Shown here: positions 25,017 to 34,685 of the stretch, one piece after another
How positions within the stretch are numbered: position 1 is the first letter of the stretch
Layout of the letters: every line of letters starts with the position of its first letter
NCBI GenBank assembly: GCA_964459435.1
Contig: CAYWLU010000003.1
Location: forward strand, 1-46,694
Reading direction: 5' to 3'
Source of the DNA: an uncultured Candidatus Peribacteria bacterium
Lineage (GTDB): Bacteria > Patescibacteriota > Gracilibacteria > UBA4473
Length of the DNA stretch: 46,694 nt
Position numbers and translations under genes: made by a program
The notes under the pieces: model-generated
Told to the model about the DNA's origin: nothing
Seen by the model: the letters and a program-made list of their open reading frames with translations, nothing else
Databases searched by the model: none

Positions 25017-25606
25017 TGGAGGGATTTGTATTTAGGAAGATTAAATAGTTGTCTGAGAGGAATTAGTTTGCTATTCCAAATACCAACTTCGTTATTATAG
25101 ACTTTTTGTAGTTCTACCAGCTTTTCGTCTATGAATTCTAAATCTTTTAAGACACTTGTAAATTTAGAATTTGATTTAATTTTTCCAGTTTTTTCTAAGT
25201 CAGAAAAATATTTAAACAAAATACGAGAAACGGTTTTTTCTAATTGCATTCTGGCTTGAGGATTTTCCTTAAAAGGCATGTTTTTTGCTTGTAATCTTAT
25301 GGATAATATTTCTTCTAGAGCATTTTTATCTAAAAGCTGATCTTGGGTAGCAAAAGTATAGACCAAGGGTAACATCATTTGTCTTTTAGAGAGAAAGAAG
25401 ACAATGAATTTTTTTAGTTTTTCTAGACGCATTTTTTCTCGATGGAGACTATTTAAGGCGAGTTTGAAAATAGCGATGATTACTATGAATAAAAAGAACC
25501 AAGGCAAATATTCTTCGACTGAATTTTTGAGATATGAGAATAAGTTAAAATCTTCGGAAAGATTATTTAAACTACTTGGCAACGGGCGGGCAAAGACATT
25601 ATTCAT
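25013..25606 (-). CDS. LemA-like membrane-anchored protein (divergent)
   Basis: N-terminal TM helix; KRQMMLPLVYTFA and LQKVYNNEVGIWNS loosely match LemA blocks. ATG at 25606 (TTG at 25609 in the ORF track). Confidence 0.4.
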   Translation of the reverse strand: MNNVFARPLPSSLNNLSEDFNLFSYLKNSVEEYLPWFFLFIVIIAIFKLALNSLHREKMRLEKLKKFIVFFLSKRQMMLPLVYTFATQDQLLDKNALEEILSIRLQAKNMPFKENPQARMQLEKTVSRILFKYFSDLEKTGKIKSNSKFTSVLKDLEFIDEKLVELQKVYNNEVGIWNSKLIPLRQLFNLPKYKSLQ

Positions 25607-25751
25607 CAAAAAAATTCATAGAAGTTTCTACGCTTTTTTCTCCAAATAAAGTTTGAGTAGAACGGAAAAGAATCTCATCCCATTCATAGTCAGAAGTAAA
25701 AGAATCTGTCTTAAAGCCGAATTGAGATTTTTTATTTTCTTTAATAAACAT
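25599..25751 (-). CDS. 50-aa hypothetical ORF translationally coupled to the LemA-like gene
   Basis: MFIKENKKSQFGFKTDSFTSDYEWDEILFRSTQTLFGEKSVETSMNFFDE; its stop overlaps the next gene start (GATGAATAA). Confidence 0.3.
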   Translation of the reverse strand: MFIKENKKSQFGFKTDSFTSDYEWDEILFRSTQTLFGEKSVETSMNFFDE

Positions 25752-25841
25752 TTAAGGAAAGTCTTATAAATAAATTCGCTAACAAAAATTCTATATTTTT
25801 TATAAAACTTTCGCTAAATTCATTCTATAATACTTTTGAGT

Positions 25842-26957
25842 ATGAACCAAAATAATATAGACGGTGCTAATTTACACAAAACATATGATGTGTTGCTAGC
25901 TTCTTTTGCCCAGAAAAATGGTGCTTCTAGAGGGAGAAAGCATAAAGAACTACCAGATCCAGAGAGACTACCTTTTCAGAGAGATAGAAGCAGAATTATT
26001 CATACTAATTCTTTTCGTCGTTTAAAAGGAAAGATGCAAGTGGTGTCGCCGCATAAAAGCGATCATTTTAGAAATAGGTTGAGTCATACGCTAGAGGTTG
26101 CCCAAATTGCGAGAGATTTAGCTCGTTCACTTTGTCTTAATGAAGATTTAGCAGAAGCGGTGGCATTGGCTCATGATCTTGGACATCCACCGTTTGGTCA
26201 TTCTGGGGAAAAAGCTTTGGATCTAAAAATGAGAGAACAAGGTTCTTCTTTTGAACACAACAAGCAATCGCTTCGTATTGTAGAAATTTTTGAGTCTCGT
26301 TATCTGGATTTTCCCGGACTTAATCTGACTTACGAAGTATTGGAAGGAATTCAAAAACATGAGACATTTTTTGATCGTCCACAGGGAAATAAGATTTTTA
26401 CCCCACATTTAGAAGCACAATTGGTGGATATTGCGGATGAAATTGCTTATTTATCTGCGGATTTAGAAGATGGATTGAGAGGCGATTTTTTTGAAATAAA
26501 AGATTTATTAGGTTTAGTTATACCAGGGCAGGCGATAGGAGAATTAAAGGGAGACGCTAAATTCCATCGTCCAGCAATTATTAGAAGAATTATTAGGAAT
26601 TTTTTGGTTAAAATCGTGATGGATACAAAAGAAAACTTGAACAAAAAAAGTGTTCAATCTTTGCAGGATGTGCAAAACTTAAAGACTAAGATTGTTAGTT
26701 TTGATGAAGAGTGGTTAATTGGGTTTAAGCAACTGCGTCAGTTCCTTTGGGACAGATATTATTCTGCTCCAGAAATTTTAGCAGTAAATATTAGAGGGCA
26801 GGAAATACTAGCAAATATTTTTGATTTCTTAATAAAAAATCCTCAGCGCATTCCTGATAATTTCATGGTGCAAGAAAAAGATTCGATTAGAAGAATCTGT
26901 GACTATATTGCGGGAATGACTGATGAATTTGCTGAGAAATTTATAGCTAATGTATAA
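25842..26957 (+). CDS. dgt: dGTP triphosphohydrolase-like HD-domain protein
   Basis: FQRDRSRIIH, RLSHTLEVAQIARDLA, HDLGHPPFGH. The ATG at 25842 is preferred over the TTG at 25836. Confidence 0.85.
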   Translation: MNQNNIDGANLHKTYDVLLASFAQKNGASRGRKHKELPDPERLPFQRDRSRIIHTNSFRRLKGKMQVVSPHKSDHFRNRLSHTLEVAQIARDLARSLCLNEDLAEAVALAHDLGHPPFGHSGEKALDLKMREQGSSFEHNKQSLRIVEIFESRYLDFPGLNLTYEVLEGIQKHETFFDRPQGNKIFTPHLEAQLVDIADEIAYLSADLEDGLRGDFFEIKDLLGLVIPGQAIGELKGDAKFHRPAIIRRIIRNFLVKIVMDTKENLNKKSVQSLQDVQNLKTKIVSFDEEWLIGFKQLRQFLWDRYYSAPEILAVNIRGQEILANIFDFLIKNPQRIPDNFMVQEKDSIRRICDYIAGMTDEFAEKFIANV

Positions 26958-27177
26958 GGTATCATGTATCAAGTATTATGTATAAAAAAATCAGAATATA
27001 AATTCTAAATTACTATTTTTTGAGCGCTGAGCTTTAAATTCAAAATTTATATTTAATTTAACTTCGTATTAAAGCTTGAAATTGATATTTTATACTTAAT
27101 ACATAATACGAAATACATTCTACATTATTTTTTTTTGCTTGCTTAAACTCTTTTTATAAGCAAAATATCGGTCATAA

Positions 27178-28458
27178 ATGGCTCATTTTGAAATCCAAGG
27201 CGGCAACAAGTTAGGAGGAGAGATAAGTATATCTGGGGCAAAGAATGCAGCGCTTCCTATGCTTTGTGCGGCATTACTTACTTCGGAAAAGTGTGTGTTT
27301 AAGAATGTGCCTAGAATTGGAGATGTCGCAACATTATTAGAAATTTTTCATGAGATTGGAGTAGAAATTTCTGGTGATCCAGACTCTAAAGTTGTAGAAG
27401 TACAAGCAAAAGAAGTAGATTTAGATAAATTAAAGACTTGTGAGAAAGTGAGGAAATTAAGGGCTTCACTTTTAATGTTGGGACCACTTCTTTCTCGTTT
27501 TGGAAGAGTAGAGATTTTCCAACCAGGAGGATGTATTTTAGGAGCACGACCTAACTTTATTCATTTAGATGGTCTAAAAACTTTAGGAGCAGAAATTTTA
27601 CGAGAAGATGAGGAGATTGCTCTTAAATTTGAAGGTAAAAAATTAGCCAACAGGAGAATTCTTTTGTCGGAAGCATCTGTAACTGGAACAGAAAACTTGT
27701 CCATCTTTTTAGCTGGTAAAAAAGAAGAATCCGAAATTTATTTTGCGGCGGCAGAACCTCATGTTTGTGCCACGCTTCAGATGCTCCAAAAGATGGGGGC
27801 AACGATTGAAGGTATTGGAACTCATTGTTTAAAAATCAAAGGAAACGGTAGGCTTAAGGGAGGAACTTTCGAAGTTCCTCCGGATGGATTGCTTGTGGGA
27901 ACTTATGCGATTGCTGCGACTTTAACTGGAGGAGAATTATTAATCCGTAATGTAAACCACAAAGAATTATTTTCTTTTTATGGGGCTTTAAAGAGGATCG
28001 GAGGGCGGTTTGATATGGAAGATAATGCTTTGAGAGTTTTTCCGTCAGAACACTTAAAAGCAATTCCAAAACTTCAAACAGCTATTTATCCAGGATTTTC
28101 TACTGATCTACAGTCGCCATTTGGAGTGCTTTTGACGCAATGTGAAGGAGAATCTTTAATTTTTGAGACTCTTTTCGAAAATCGTCTTACTTACTTACAA
28201 GAATTAAAAAAGATGGGGGCTAAAATAGAAGTTTTGAATGCTCATCAGGCTAAAGTAATTGGGCCAGTCAAGCTTCAAGGTACAGAAATTCATAGTTGGG
28301 ATTTGCGAGCCGGAGCGGCAATGGTATTAGCGGGACTAGTAGCAGAGGGAACGACCAAGGTAACTAACGTAGATTATATAGATCGTGGTTATGAACGTTT
28401 TCCGGAAAATTTAGAGAAATTGGGAGCGAAGATTAAAAGAATTAATAATGCAGAATAG
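27178..28458 (+). CDS. murA: UDP-N-acetylglucosamine 1-carboxyvinyltransferase
   Basis: ISGAKNAALP and catalytic-Cys loop PGGCILGARP. Confidence 0.9.
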   Translation: MAHFEIQGGNKLGGEISISGAKNAALPMLCAALLTSEKCVFKNVPRIGDVATLLEIFHEIGVEISGDPDSKVVEVQAKEVDLDKLKTCEKVRKLRASLLMLGPLLSRFGRVEIFQPGGCILGARPNFIHLDGLKTLGAEILREDEEIALKFEGKKLANRRILLSEASVTGTENLSIFLAGKKEESEIYFAAAEPHVCATLQMLQKMGATIEGIGTHCLKIKGNGRLKGGTFEVPPDGLLVGTYAIAATLTGGELLIRNVNHKELFSFYGALKRIGGRFDMEDNALRVFPSEHLKAIPKLQTAIYPGFSTDLQSPFGVLLTQCEGESLIFETLFENRLTYLQELKKMGAKIEVLNAHQAKVIGPVKLQGTEIHSWDLRAGAAMVLAGLVAEGTTKVTNVDYIDRGYERFPENLEKLGAKIKRINNAE

Positions 28459-28518
28459 GGGATTTTTGTTTGACAAAAAATAAGAATTTCATACTCTTTG
28501 CAAGCTTTATAAACAAAC

Positions 28519-28791
28519 ATGGCACACAAAAAAGCTGGTGGATCGTCCAAAAACAATAGAGACTCACAATCAAAACGTCGAGGAGTGAAACGTTTTGGTG
28601 GACAGACTGTGTCTGCTGGTGAAATTATTGTTCGTCAAAAAGGAACTAAATTTCGTCCCGGAGAAAATGTTGGTTTGGGGAGAGATTTTACTTTATTTGC
28701 TGAAAAAGCAGGGAAAGTCGCTTTTACAGAAAAAGCAGTAACTAGATTTGATGGACGAAGATACGAAAAGAAGTTTGTGAATGTGGGATAA
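28519..28791 (+). CDS. rpmA: 50S ribosomal protein L27
   Basis: [31 protein letters not shown]. Confidence 0.92.
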   Translation: MAHKKAGGSSKNNRDSQSKRRGVKRFGGQTVSAGEIIVRQKGTKFRPGENVGLGRDFTLFAEKAGKVAFTEKAVTRFDGRRYEKKFVNVG

Positions 28792-29044
28792 TTTTCAATC
28801 TACAATCTACAATCTTCAATTTTCAAACAAAAAGGGGAGTATTTTTGTTATATTATAATATACATTAGCTATTAGCGGTTGGCTTTTAGTTTTTTGAGAA
28901 AGTTCGATTCGTTACGACGAATCGAATTCTAGGAATGATTATTTTAAAAAATTAGACAAACCCATTGTTCATAATTAAAATGACACTTGTTAGGCTTCAT
29001 TGTTCGTAATTGATAATTGAAGATTTATAATTGATAATTAAATA
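28792..29044. repeat. mosaic intergenic element with inverted terminal modules, AT palindrome and a perfect 10-bp hairpin
   Basis: AATCTTCAATT at 28811-28821 versus AATTGAAGATT at ~29014-29024; palindrome at 28848-28862 (15/16); TTCGATTCGT-TACG-ACGAATCGAA at ~28895-28918. Confidence 0.55.
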
Positions 29045-29047
29045 TTG

Positions 29048-29638
29048 ATGGGACAAGAATCAACGGCAAATTTGGAGGATTTAATGCTCGGTAATGTGGG
29101 AGAAGAGGTAGGTGAGTCTGATGAACAATTTGCGGTTCGTTTAGTGGCTGCACAAACTAAACTGGCCAAGATTGCTAAAGATGAAGGCAAAGCTAAAAAC
29201 TTTGATGGGAAGCTTGCTAAAATTATTCCTAGACTCTCTCTTCATACTTTGAAGTTAGTAGTTTTTTTAATAGATCACGATATTCCCAGTTTAACTATTT
29301 TAGCTATTATTGCCTTGGAAGCAGATGGGGCAGCTAAGATTTGTCATGGAGAATTTTATGAATTTATTTCCGAACCAGCAGATTTCTCTACAGTAAAATT
29401 AACTAAGGAACTAGAAGAAAAAATGTCGCTGTGGTGGACTTTTATTTTGGCTGCTAATCAAATATCTACCACTACAAAACTTGAAGAGTTAAAGAAAAAT
29501 GCTTCGTTTACAGAATTTGTTTCTTTAGAGATTATTGAAATGATTAAAAGGTTTATAGCTATTAATAAAGTAGAAGAATTCAATAGATTAGCTTTAGAAA
29601 AAACTTTGGAGAAATATCAGGAAGAGATTTTTGGATAA
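29048..29638 (+). CDS. hypothetical protein
   Basis: 196-aa ORF with coding-like composition; no motif recognised. Confidence 0.5.
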   Translation: MGQESTANLEDLMLGNVGEEVGESDEQFAVRLVAAQTKLAKIAKDEGKAKNFDGKLAKIIPRLSLHTLKLVVFLIDHDIPSLTILAIIALEADGAAKICHGEFYEFISEPADFSTVKLTKELEEKMSLWWTFILAANQISTTTKLEELKKNASFTEFVSLEIIEMIKRFIAINKVEEFNRLALEKTLEKYQEEIFG

Positions 29639-29653
29639 GAAATAGTTAGTAAT

Positions 29654-29667
29654 TTATATTATAATAT
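29654..29667. repeat. AT palindrome copy (TTATATTATAATAT, 14/16)
   Basis: Lies between the hypothetical gene stop and the dnaN promoter. Confidence 0.7.
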
Positions 29668-29712
29668 GCTACACTTTTTTTGTTGTTAAAGAAAAAAGCA
29701 CCTAAAAATATT

Positions 29713-29739
29713 TTGACAACTTATAATTTGGTGTATAAT
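29713..29739 (+). promoter_or_regulatory. promoter of dnaN (TTGACA-N15-TGTATAAT, extended -10)
   Basis: TTGACA at 29713-29718, TGTATAAT at 29732-29739; ATG at 29749. Confidence 0.55.
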
Positions 29740-29748
29740 TTTATCGAA

Positions 29749-30852
29749 ATGAAGTTAGTTATCTCTCAAGAGGCACTTTTAGACAGCTTGAAAATTGTCT
29801 CTCGAGCCGTATCTGGTCAAAATACGCTACCTGTACTTGGTAATATTTTAATCAAAGCTGAAGGAAAAAAAGTTTATTTCGCGGCTACTAATTTAGAGAT
29901 ATCTATTTCTACTTCTGCAGAAGCTATTGTAAAAAATGAAGGAGCTATTACTGTGCCTGCTAAAATTTTAACTTCCTATACTTCACTTCTTGGTAAGGCG
30001 GAGGAGGTGGAGCTATCTGTGACTGCTGGTATGACTTTGGAAATTAAATCTAAGAGTTCTAAAACTAAAATTAAAGGAATTTCTGCTGATGAGTTTCCAG
30101 CTATTGCTCGAGTAGAAGGTGGAACAAAGTTGGATTTAGATACTAAAGATTTTAGAAAAGCAGTTAATGAGGTTGCTTTCTCTGCCCAAGAAAATTCTTC
30201 TCGTCCGATTCTTTCTGGGGTGTTCTTTAAGACTGAAAAAACAGAATTGCGTATGGTAGCGACAGATTCTTATCGTTTAAGCGAAAAGGTTTTGAAATTA
30301 AAAAATAGTGTCGAAGAAACTTCTTGCGTGATTCCAGTAAGAGCTGTTTTTGAGGCAGATAGGCTGGCGGGAGCTTCAGAGGATATAAAAGTGGCTATTT
30401 CAGAAAACCAAGTAATGTTTACTGTTAATGGGACAGAGCTGACTTCTCGTTTAATTGAAGGACAGTTTCCAGATTATCAGCAGATTATTCCAAAAAAGAG
30501 TTCTACTACTGCTGAAATAAATAGAGCGGAATTTGAATTAGCGGTACGGAGAGTCTCTATTTTTGCTAAAGAGAATAATCAGCACATGAAGTTAGAGTTT
30601 CTTAATGATAATACTTTAACAGTGTCTACTGATGCGACAGAAATAGGAGAGGAAAAAACTACTATTGCAGTTAAAGTTACTGGTGGTACGAATGTTATTG
30701 CTCTTAACGCTGATTACGTTTTAGATGTACTTGGAGCTATGAGTGGTGAAGATAAAATAAAAATGGAATTAGAAGGTAAGATGAATCCAGCAGTTATTAA
30801 ACCTGTTAAAGGAAATAGCTTTATTCATCTCATCATGCCGCTTAAAATGTAG
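29749..30852 (+). CDS. dnaN: DNA polymerase III beta sliding clamp
   Basis: MKLVISQEALLDSLKIVSRAV..NTLPVLGNILI is a typical DnaN N-terminus. The ORF-track start at 29680 would read through the promoter. Confidence 0.9.
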   Translation: MKLVISQEALLDSLKIVSRAVSGQNTLPVLGNILIKAEGKKVYFAATNLEISISTSAEAIVKNEGAITVPAKILTSYTSLLGKAEEVELSVTAGMTLEIKSKSSKTKIKGISADEFPAIARVEGGTKLDLDTKDFRKAVNEVAFSAQENSSRPILSGVFFKTEKTELRMVATDSYRLSEKVLKLKNSVEETSCVIPVRAVFEADRLAGASEDIKVAISENQVMFTVNGTELTSRLIEGQFPDYQQIIPKKSSTTAEINRAEFELAVRRVSIFAKENNQHMKLEFLNDNTLTVSTDATEIGEEKTTIAVKVTGGTNVIALNADYVLDVLGAMSGEDKIKMELEGKMNPAVIKPVKGNSFIHLIMPLKM

Positions 30853-30857
30853 GAATT

Positions 30858-30896
30858 CCCGCTCGACCTCCCCCTTTTTTCGAGCGGGATTTCTTC
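30858..30896 (+). terminator. intrinsic terminator after dnaN
   Basis: CCCGCTCGA / TCGAGCGGG stem followed by a T-rich tract. Confidence 0.7.
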
Positions 30897-30935
30897 TATT
30901 GTAGGAGGATATAAAGATTTTTTGTACATGCAATA

Positions 30936-33900
30936 ATGACCGAAGCCGATAAACTTAAGTTGCCATTTCAGCTTGATTTGGCAGAACAAATCACTTTACT
31001 TGAGAAAACTAAGCATTTGACCTTGGTTAATCTCGGGAATGTTCCAGCGAAGTCTTTTGTTATATCTCAAATTTTAGATAAGACTAATTTTCAAAATATC
31101 TTTTGGGCTTCTACGGATGAAAAAGCAGATCAGATTTTTTCGTCTGCGGAATTATTTTTTAATGGGAATGTGCATTTAGTGCCTGCCAAAGTTACTATTG
31201 CTAAGTTTTATGAATTACGAGATTTGTTGGTAGAAGAAAAAAATGCTTTATTTCTTTTTGAAGATTTTGAGGCAGTATTAGAGCAAAAATTCCCAACTTA
31301 TAGTGATATTCAGGCAGATAAGATTGTGCTTAAAAAAGGTGAAAAGATTCAAATATTTACTCTTTTTGAACAACTAGAATCGCTTGGATATCGCCCAGCA
31401 GAAGATCAATTAATGAATTCTGGAGAGTTTGTTCGCAAAGGAGAAACGCTTTTTGTATATCCAGAAAATCACCCTTGTCCCTTTAGAATTGTCTTGGATG
31501 GAAATGAAATAGAAGAAATTAGTGTTTTTGTGCAGAATGAACAAAAAAAGTGTTCAGTTGTTAATGAGGAAGATGTTTTAAAAGGGGGAAAATTAGAGAT
31601 TTATCCGGCTTCTTTTAAACAGGAATTGGAGGGAAAATTTGTAAATTTAATTGAGGGAAAAAAAGACACTCTTTTTGTTTCAGATGATTTAGACAATGAT
31701 ATTTGTCCTAGTGGTGATTTCTTTCAGGTTAAATTCACTACTTTTCCAGGAGAAAATGAAAAGTTTTTTCATCTTAATTTTTTCTCGGTACTGCCTTTCT
31801 ATACTGTTCCAGATTTTGTTCTTGATATAAAAGAGCGACTTAGAAGGGGTTTTGATATTGTCTTAATGACGAAAAAATTTGATGAAGTTACTCGTATTTT
31901 TAAGGAAGATAATGTGATGTTTACTGAGGATTTAGATGAAAAAAATCCTTCTACAGTAAAGATTGTAAAAGTGGCTAGAGATGTTTTTTTACCGCATTCT
32001 TTTCAAAACAATACGAGTAATCTTTTCTTTTTGACGGATCGGGAAATTTTCAAATTTCACCGTTCTTCTCGGCAAAAAAAGGCAGTAGCAGGAGTGAATT
32101 TAGATTTAATGACTTCGCTTAAACCAGGGAATTTTGCAATCCATGTTGATCATGGATTGGCTAAATTTGATGGAATAGTTAGACGAGACCTTGGAGAGAA
32201 TTTTGGTGGAGTGAGAGAATATTTAAAATTAGAATATGCTGGAAATGATAAACTTTTTGTACCAGTAGAATCGGCAGAAAAAGTAACAAAATTTATTGGT
32301 GATGATGATCCTGTTTTACATAAATTAGGATCTTCGGAATGGTCTCATGCTCAGAAAAAATTAAAGGTAGAAGCGGAGCGAATTGCTAAAGATTTACTTA
32401 AATTATATGCGGCACGGGAGATGGCTAAAGGTCATAAATTTTTAGAAGATGATGAGATGATGAGGGATTTTTGCGATGGTTTTCCATACGAATTAACTCC
32501 TGGACAACGGCAAACTTGGTTTGATGTTCAAAGAGATATGGAATCTTCTCGAACAATGGATCGACTAGTTTGTGGTGATGTTGGTTTTGGGAAAACAGAA
32601 ATTGCGATGAGAGCGGCCTTTAAATGTTTTAGATCAAATATGCAGGCGGTAATTTTGGCACCTATTACAATTTTAGCAGAACAGCATTATCAATCTTTTC
32701 AAAAAAGAATTAAAGAAAAAAATTATAATGTGCGGATAGAGTTGTTATCTCGTTTTCAATCTCCAGCTCAGCAAAAAAAGATTGTTTCTGATATTGCTCA
32801 TGGACTAGTAGATATTGTAATTGGGACCCATCGAATATTGTCGGAAGATATCAAATTTAAAAATTTAGGGGTTATTGTTATTGATGAGGAACAACGGTTT
32901 GGGGTTAAGCAAAAAGAAAAACTAAAAGGGCTCAGGGCAGCGGTAGATATTTTAACTATGACGGCAACACCTATTCCGCGGACCTTGAATATGTCTCTTA
33001 ATAAATTAAAAGATATTTCTACAATTACCACGCCTCCACCGGGGAGATTGCCAGTGGTAACAGAGGTAAGGAAATATAATCTTTCTCTTATTAGAGAAAG
33101 GATTGTTGAGGAAATTGCTAGAAAAGGGCAGGTCTATTTTTTGCATAATCAAGTGCAAACCATAGAGGCTCAAGCAGAACAAATGAGGATTCTTATTCCA
33201 GAAGCACGATTCATTGTTGCTCATGGACAACTTTCGCCAACTGAGTTAGAAGAAAGAATTAGAAAATTTAAGAATGGAGAAGTAGATGTGTTAATTGCTT
33301 CTACAATTATAGAAAATGGAATAGACCTTCCTAATGCTAATACTTTGTTGGTTAATCGAGCGGAAAAATTTGGTCTGTCACAACTATATCAGTTGCGAGG
33401 TCGGGTTGGGCGTTCTAGGACGCAAGCCTACGCGTATTTTTTATATCATGGACAGAAGTTGGAACTAGAATCTAAAAAGCGACTGAGGGCTATTGTGGAA
33501 GCTTCTGAGCTTGGTTCTGGGTTTCAGATTGCCATGCGAGATTTGGAGATTAGGGGAGCAGGAGAAGTGTTGGGATTATCTCAATCTGGAACAATTAAGA
33601 CGGTAGGAGTATCTCACTTCATGAGACTTCTGAATAAAACAGTGGAAGAAATGAAGAGTGGGGAAGTAGCGACAGATATTAAGGAGGAAGAGGCAATTAC
33701 GGTGGAAATTCCTTTATCGGCCTATATTCCGCCTTCTTTTATTCCTAATGCTGAAGAAAAGATTCAAGTGTATAAAGAATTAGCTTCGGCAGAAGATACA
33801 AAATCTTTAGATGATTTCAAACATGATTTGAGAGAAGACTACGGAACGCTACCGAGAGAGGTAGAAAACTTATGTAAGGTTATTGCTCTCAAGATGTTGC

Positions 33901-34154
33901 TCAGAGAGGTTAATATTTCTGGCGTAAAGATTCACCGTTCTACTCATAAGGATTACGAAATTGTTTTGAGAATGGGAAGAGAATTTACTCCAGATCAAGT
34001 ATTCGGTTTAATAAAAAATTCTAAAGAAAAATGGGTGATTACTGCTCAAGCAATTAAAATGTCTTTTGAAAAATTACCTGTGACTTGGTATGAGGATTTG
34101 GTGAAAGAAGTGGAGTATTTAAAACCAATCAAAAAAACGGAAAAGAAAAATTGA
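30936..34154 (+). CDS. mfd: transcription-repair coupling factor
   Basis: GDVGFGKTEIAMRAAF, VIDEEQRFGV, MTATPIPRTL; 1072 aa. Confidence 0.9.
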   Translation: MTEADKLKLPFQLDLAEQITLLEKTKHLTLVNLGNVPAKSFVISQILDKTNFQNIFWASTDEKADQIFSSAELFFNGNVHLVPAKVTIAKFYELRDLLVEEKNALFLFEDFEAVLEQKFPTYSDIQADKIVLKKGEKIQIFTLFEQLESLGYRPAEDQLMNSGEFVRKGETLFVYPENHPCPFRIVLDGNEIEEISVFVQNEQKKCSVVNEEDVLKGGKLEIYPASFKQELEGKFVNLIEGKKDTLFVSDDLDNDICPSGDFFQVKFTTFPGENEKFFHLNFFSVLPFYTVPDFVLDIKERLRRGFDIVLMTKKFDEVTRIFKEDNVMFTEDLDEKNPSTVKIVKVARDVFLPHSFQNNTSNLFFLTDREIFKFHRSSRQKKAVAGVNLDLMTSLKPGNFAIHVDHGLAKFDGIVRRDLGENFGGVREYLKLEYAGNDKLFVPVESAEKVTKFIGDDDPVLHKLGSSEWSHAQKKLKVEAERIAKDLLKLYAAREMAKGHKFLEDDEMMRDFCDGFPYELTPGQRQTWFDVQRDMESSRTMDRLVCGDVGFGKTEIAMRAAFKCFRSNMQAVILAPITILAEQHYQSFQKRIKEKNYNVRIELLSRFQSPAQQKKIVSDIAHGLVDIVIGTHRILSEDIKFKNLGVIVIDEEQRFGVKQKEKLKGLRAAVDILTMTATPIPRTLNMSLNKLKDISTITTPPPGRLPVVTEVRKYNLSLIRERIVEEIARKGQVYFLHNQVQTIEAQAEQMRILIPEARFIVAHGQLSPTELEERIRKFKNGEVDVLIASTIIENGIDLPNANTLLVNRAEKFGLSQLYQLRGRVGRSRTQAYAYFLYHGQKLELESKKRLRAIVEASELGSGFQIAMRDLEIRGAGEVLGLSQSGTIKTVGVSHFMRLLNKTVEEMKSGEVATDIKEEEAITVEIPLSAYIPPSFIPNAEEKIQVYKELASAEDTKSLDDFKHDLREDYGTLPREVENLCKVIALKMLLREVNISGVKIHRSTHKDYEIVLRMGREFTPDQVFGLIKNSKEKWVITAQAIKMSFEKLPVTWYEDLVKEVEYLKPIKKTEKKN

Positions 34155-34187
34155 CAGAAATTCATTAGAAAATAAGATTTTCGTGTA

Positions 34188-34376
34188 ATGATTACTTTTG
34201 AAATAAAAAGAGACGGTACAGAATTTCATGCTTGGAGTCCAGAACTGCCAGGATGCCACACACATGGGCGGACAGTAAAAGAAGCTCTGCGAAACTTGAA
34301 AGATGCAGCTGGTTTATATTTAGAGACTGTTATGGAAGAATCAATTGCTAAACAAACTTTAGAAATTGCAATATGA
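34188..34376 (+). CDS. hicB: HicB-family antitoxin
   Basis: FHAWSPELPGCHTHGRTVKEALRNLKDAAGLYLE. Confidence 0.75.
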   Translation: MITFEIKRDGTEFHAWSPELPGCHTHGRTVKEALRNLKDAAGLYLETVMEESIAKQTLEIAI

Positions 34377-34552
34377 AACCAAGAGACTTGGTTAAGTTGC
34401 TAGAGGAAAATAAGTTCTTCTTTGTTCGTCAGGCAGGTAGTCATGCTATTTATAAAAAAGAGGATCATAAATTAATAATAGTTCCGATTCACAATAGAGA
34501 TGTTCCAATAGGAACTTTGAAAGCCATTTTAAAGGATGCTGGATTAAAATAG
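34373..34552 (+). CDS. hicA: HicA-family mRNA interferase toxin (59 aa, below the ORF-track cutoff)
   Basis: MKPRDLVKLLEENKFFFVRQAGSHAIYKK..IGTLKAILKDAGLK; ATGA overlap with the hicB stop. Confidence 0.75.
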   Translation: MKPRDLVKLLEENKFFFVRQAGSHAIYKKEDHKLIIVPIHNRDVPIGTLKAILKDAGLK

Positions 34553-34567
34553 TATATTATAATATAC
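34552..34567. repeat. AT palindrome copy (GTATATTATAATATAC, core 14/14)
   Basis: Overlaps the last base of the hicA TAG stop; lies between convergent hicA and dnaA. Confidence 0.8.
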
Positions 34568-34685
34568 TAAGGAAAAGCGAGAGAGTTGGAAAGTTAGAGA
34601 GTCAAAGAGTTAAAAAATAGAAACTCTTCTAATTTCGGTCTTTTGAGCTTTCTTACTTTTCAGCCCTATTAATCATTCTTCGTTA

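Noticed and set aside
29680-29748. N-terminal extensions suggested by the ORF track for dnaN (29680) and rnc (42278)
   Set aside because: The canonical family N-termini begin at the internal ATGs (29749 and 42314). The dnaN extension would be translated from the promoter sequence itself.
34553-34685. oriC next to dnaA
   Set aside because: I could not find a cluster of TTATCCACA/TGTGGATAA boxes in the dnaA flanks. The only perfect box I noticed (18036-18044) is inside a CDS. Deciding this needs a skew computation that I cannot run.
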